In this document: one piece after another, positions 38,719 through 38,969 of the stretch
Layout: each line of letters begins with the position of its first letter
Position numbering within the stretch: position 1 is the first letter of the stretch
Origin: an uncultured Candidatus Saccharibacteria bacterium
GTDB lineage: Bacteria; Patescibacteriota; WWE3; UBA101185; UBA10185
Direction of reading: 5' to 3'
DNA length: 38,969 nt
Assembly (NCBI GenBank): GCA_964525475.1
Contig: CAZGHA010000001.1
Span: forward strand, 13,029-51,997
Program-made: the position numbers and the translations under genes
Notes under the pieces: generated by a model
The model's database searches: none
What the model was told of the DNA's origin: nothing
The model's input: only the letters and a program-made list of their open reading frames with translations

Positions 38719-38969
38719 ATGGCGTTTAAAGTACCAGAAAAAAAATTGATACCAGACTTGGAGAGTGAAGTTCTAGATTATTGGAAAAAGAACAATATTT
38801 TTGAAAAGTCCGTAGAAAAAAATCCCCAAGATAATTTGTATGTTTTTTATGACGGTCCTCCTTTTATCTCAGGTCTTCCTCACTACGGCCATCTGTTGGT
38901 TTCTATTGCTAAAGATGTAATCCCGAGATTTTGGACTATGAAAGGAAAAAGGGTTGAAAGAGTTTGGGG
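38719..38969 (+). CDS. ileS: isoleucine--tRNA ligase, N-terminal fragment (3' end outside window)
   Basis: Hand translation MAFKVPEKKLIPDLESEVLDYWKKNNIFEKSV..LYVFYDGPPFISGLPHYGHLL..KDVIPRFWTMKGKRVERVW. YDGPPF.(S/T)GLPHYGH is the HIGH region of type-2 IleS. Confidence 0.85.
   Translation, partial: MAFKVPEKKLIPDLESEVLDYWKKNNIFEKSVEKNPQDNLYVFYDGPPFISGLPHYGHLLVSIAKDVIPRFWTMKGKRVERVW

Noticed and set aside
1-38969. Alternative genetic code (UGA reassigned, as in some candidate phyla)
   Set aside because: TGA terminates recO, rsmH, murG and the adenosyltransferase at positions matching normal family C-termini. All conserved genes read through without in-frame TGA.

Overview
AT-rich (about one-third G+C by eye, not computed), tightly packed bacterial chromosomal segment. 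It reads in the standard code: TGA ends recO, rsmH, murG and the adenosyltransferase at normal C-termini. I call 34 protein genes. I found no rRNA, tRNA, CRISPR array, transposase or integrase.

Gene order:
- DUF4012-like (5' partial), recO, glyQS
- mraZ-rsmH-ftsL-ftsI (first half of the dcw cluster)
- yraN
- stand-alone receiver plus minimal histidine kinase
- ppsA-eno, convergent with a DedA::phosphoglycerate-mutase-like fusion
- lexA followed by an orphan 156-aa gene (minus strand), divergent from uvrB and a class A PBP
- a self-contained 92-aa membrane-protein unit
- uvrA, convergent with a secreted transglutaminase-like protein, which is divergent from a short uvrC
- holin-like membrane protein-secG-murA-mraY-ftsW-murG-ftsQ-ftsA-ftsZ (second half of dcw)
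- B12-dependent nrdJ, a PduO-type adenosyltransferase plus a 45-codon micro-ORF, and ileS (3' partial)

Gene content, scarce Shine-Dalgarno sequences and divergent cell-wall enzymes suggest a reduced-genome CPR/Patescibacteria-like organism; this is inference only. There is no obvious mobile or defence island.

The most interesting points:
1. lexA, uvrB, uvrA and uvrC lie within 12 kb, with an orphan gene directly after lexA and candidate non-canonical operators.
2. A DedA membrane domain is fused to a dPGM-like histidine phosphatase next to ppsA-eno.
3. A -10 box sits exactly 6 nt before the start codon of 8 genes, implying leaderless mRNAs.
4. A GC-rich inverted-repeat patch with foreign codon usage lies inside rsmH.
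5. MraY, MurA and MurG carry substitutions at residues regarded as catalytic or invariant.

All product calls rest on motif recognition by eye. No database search was run.
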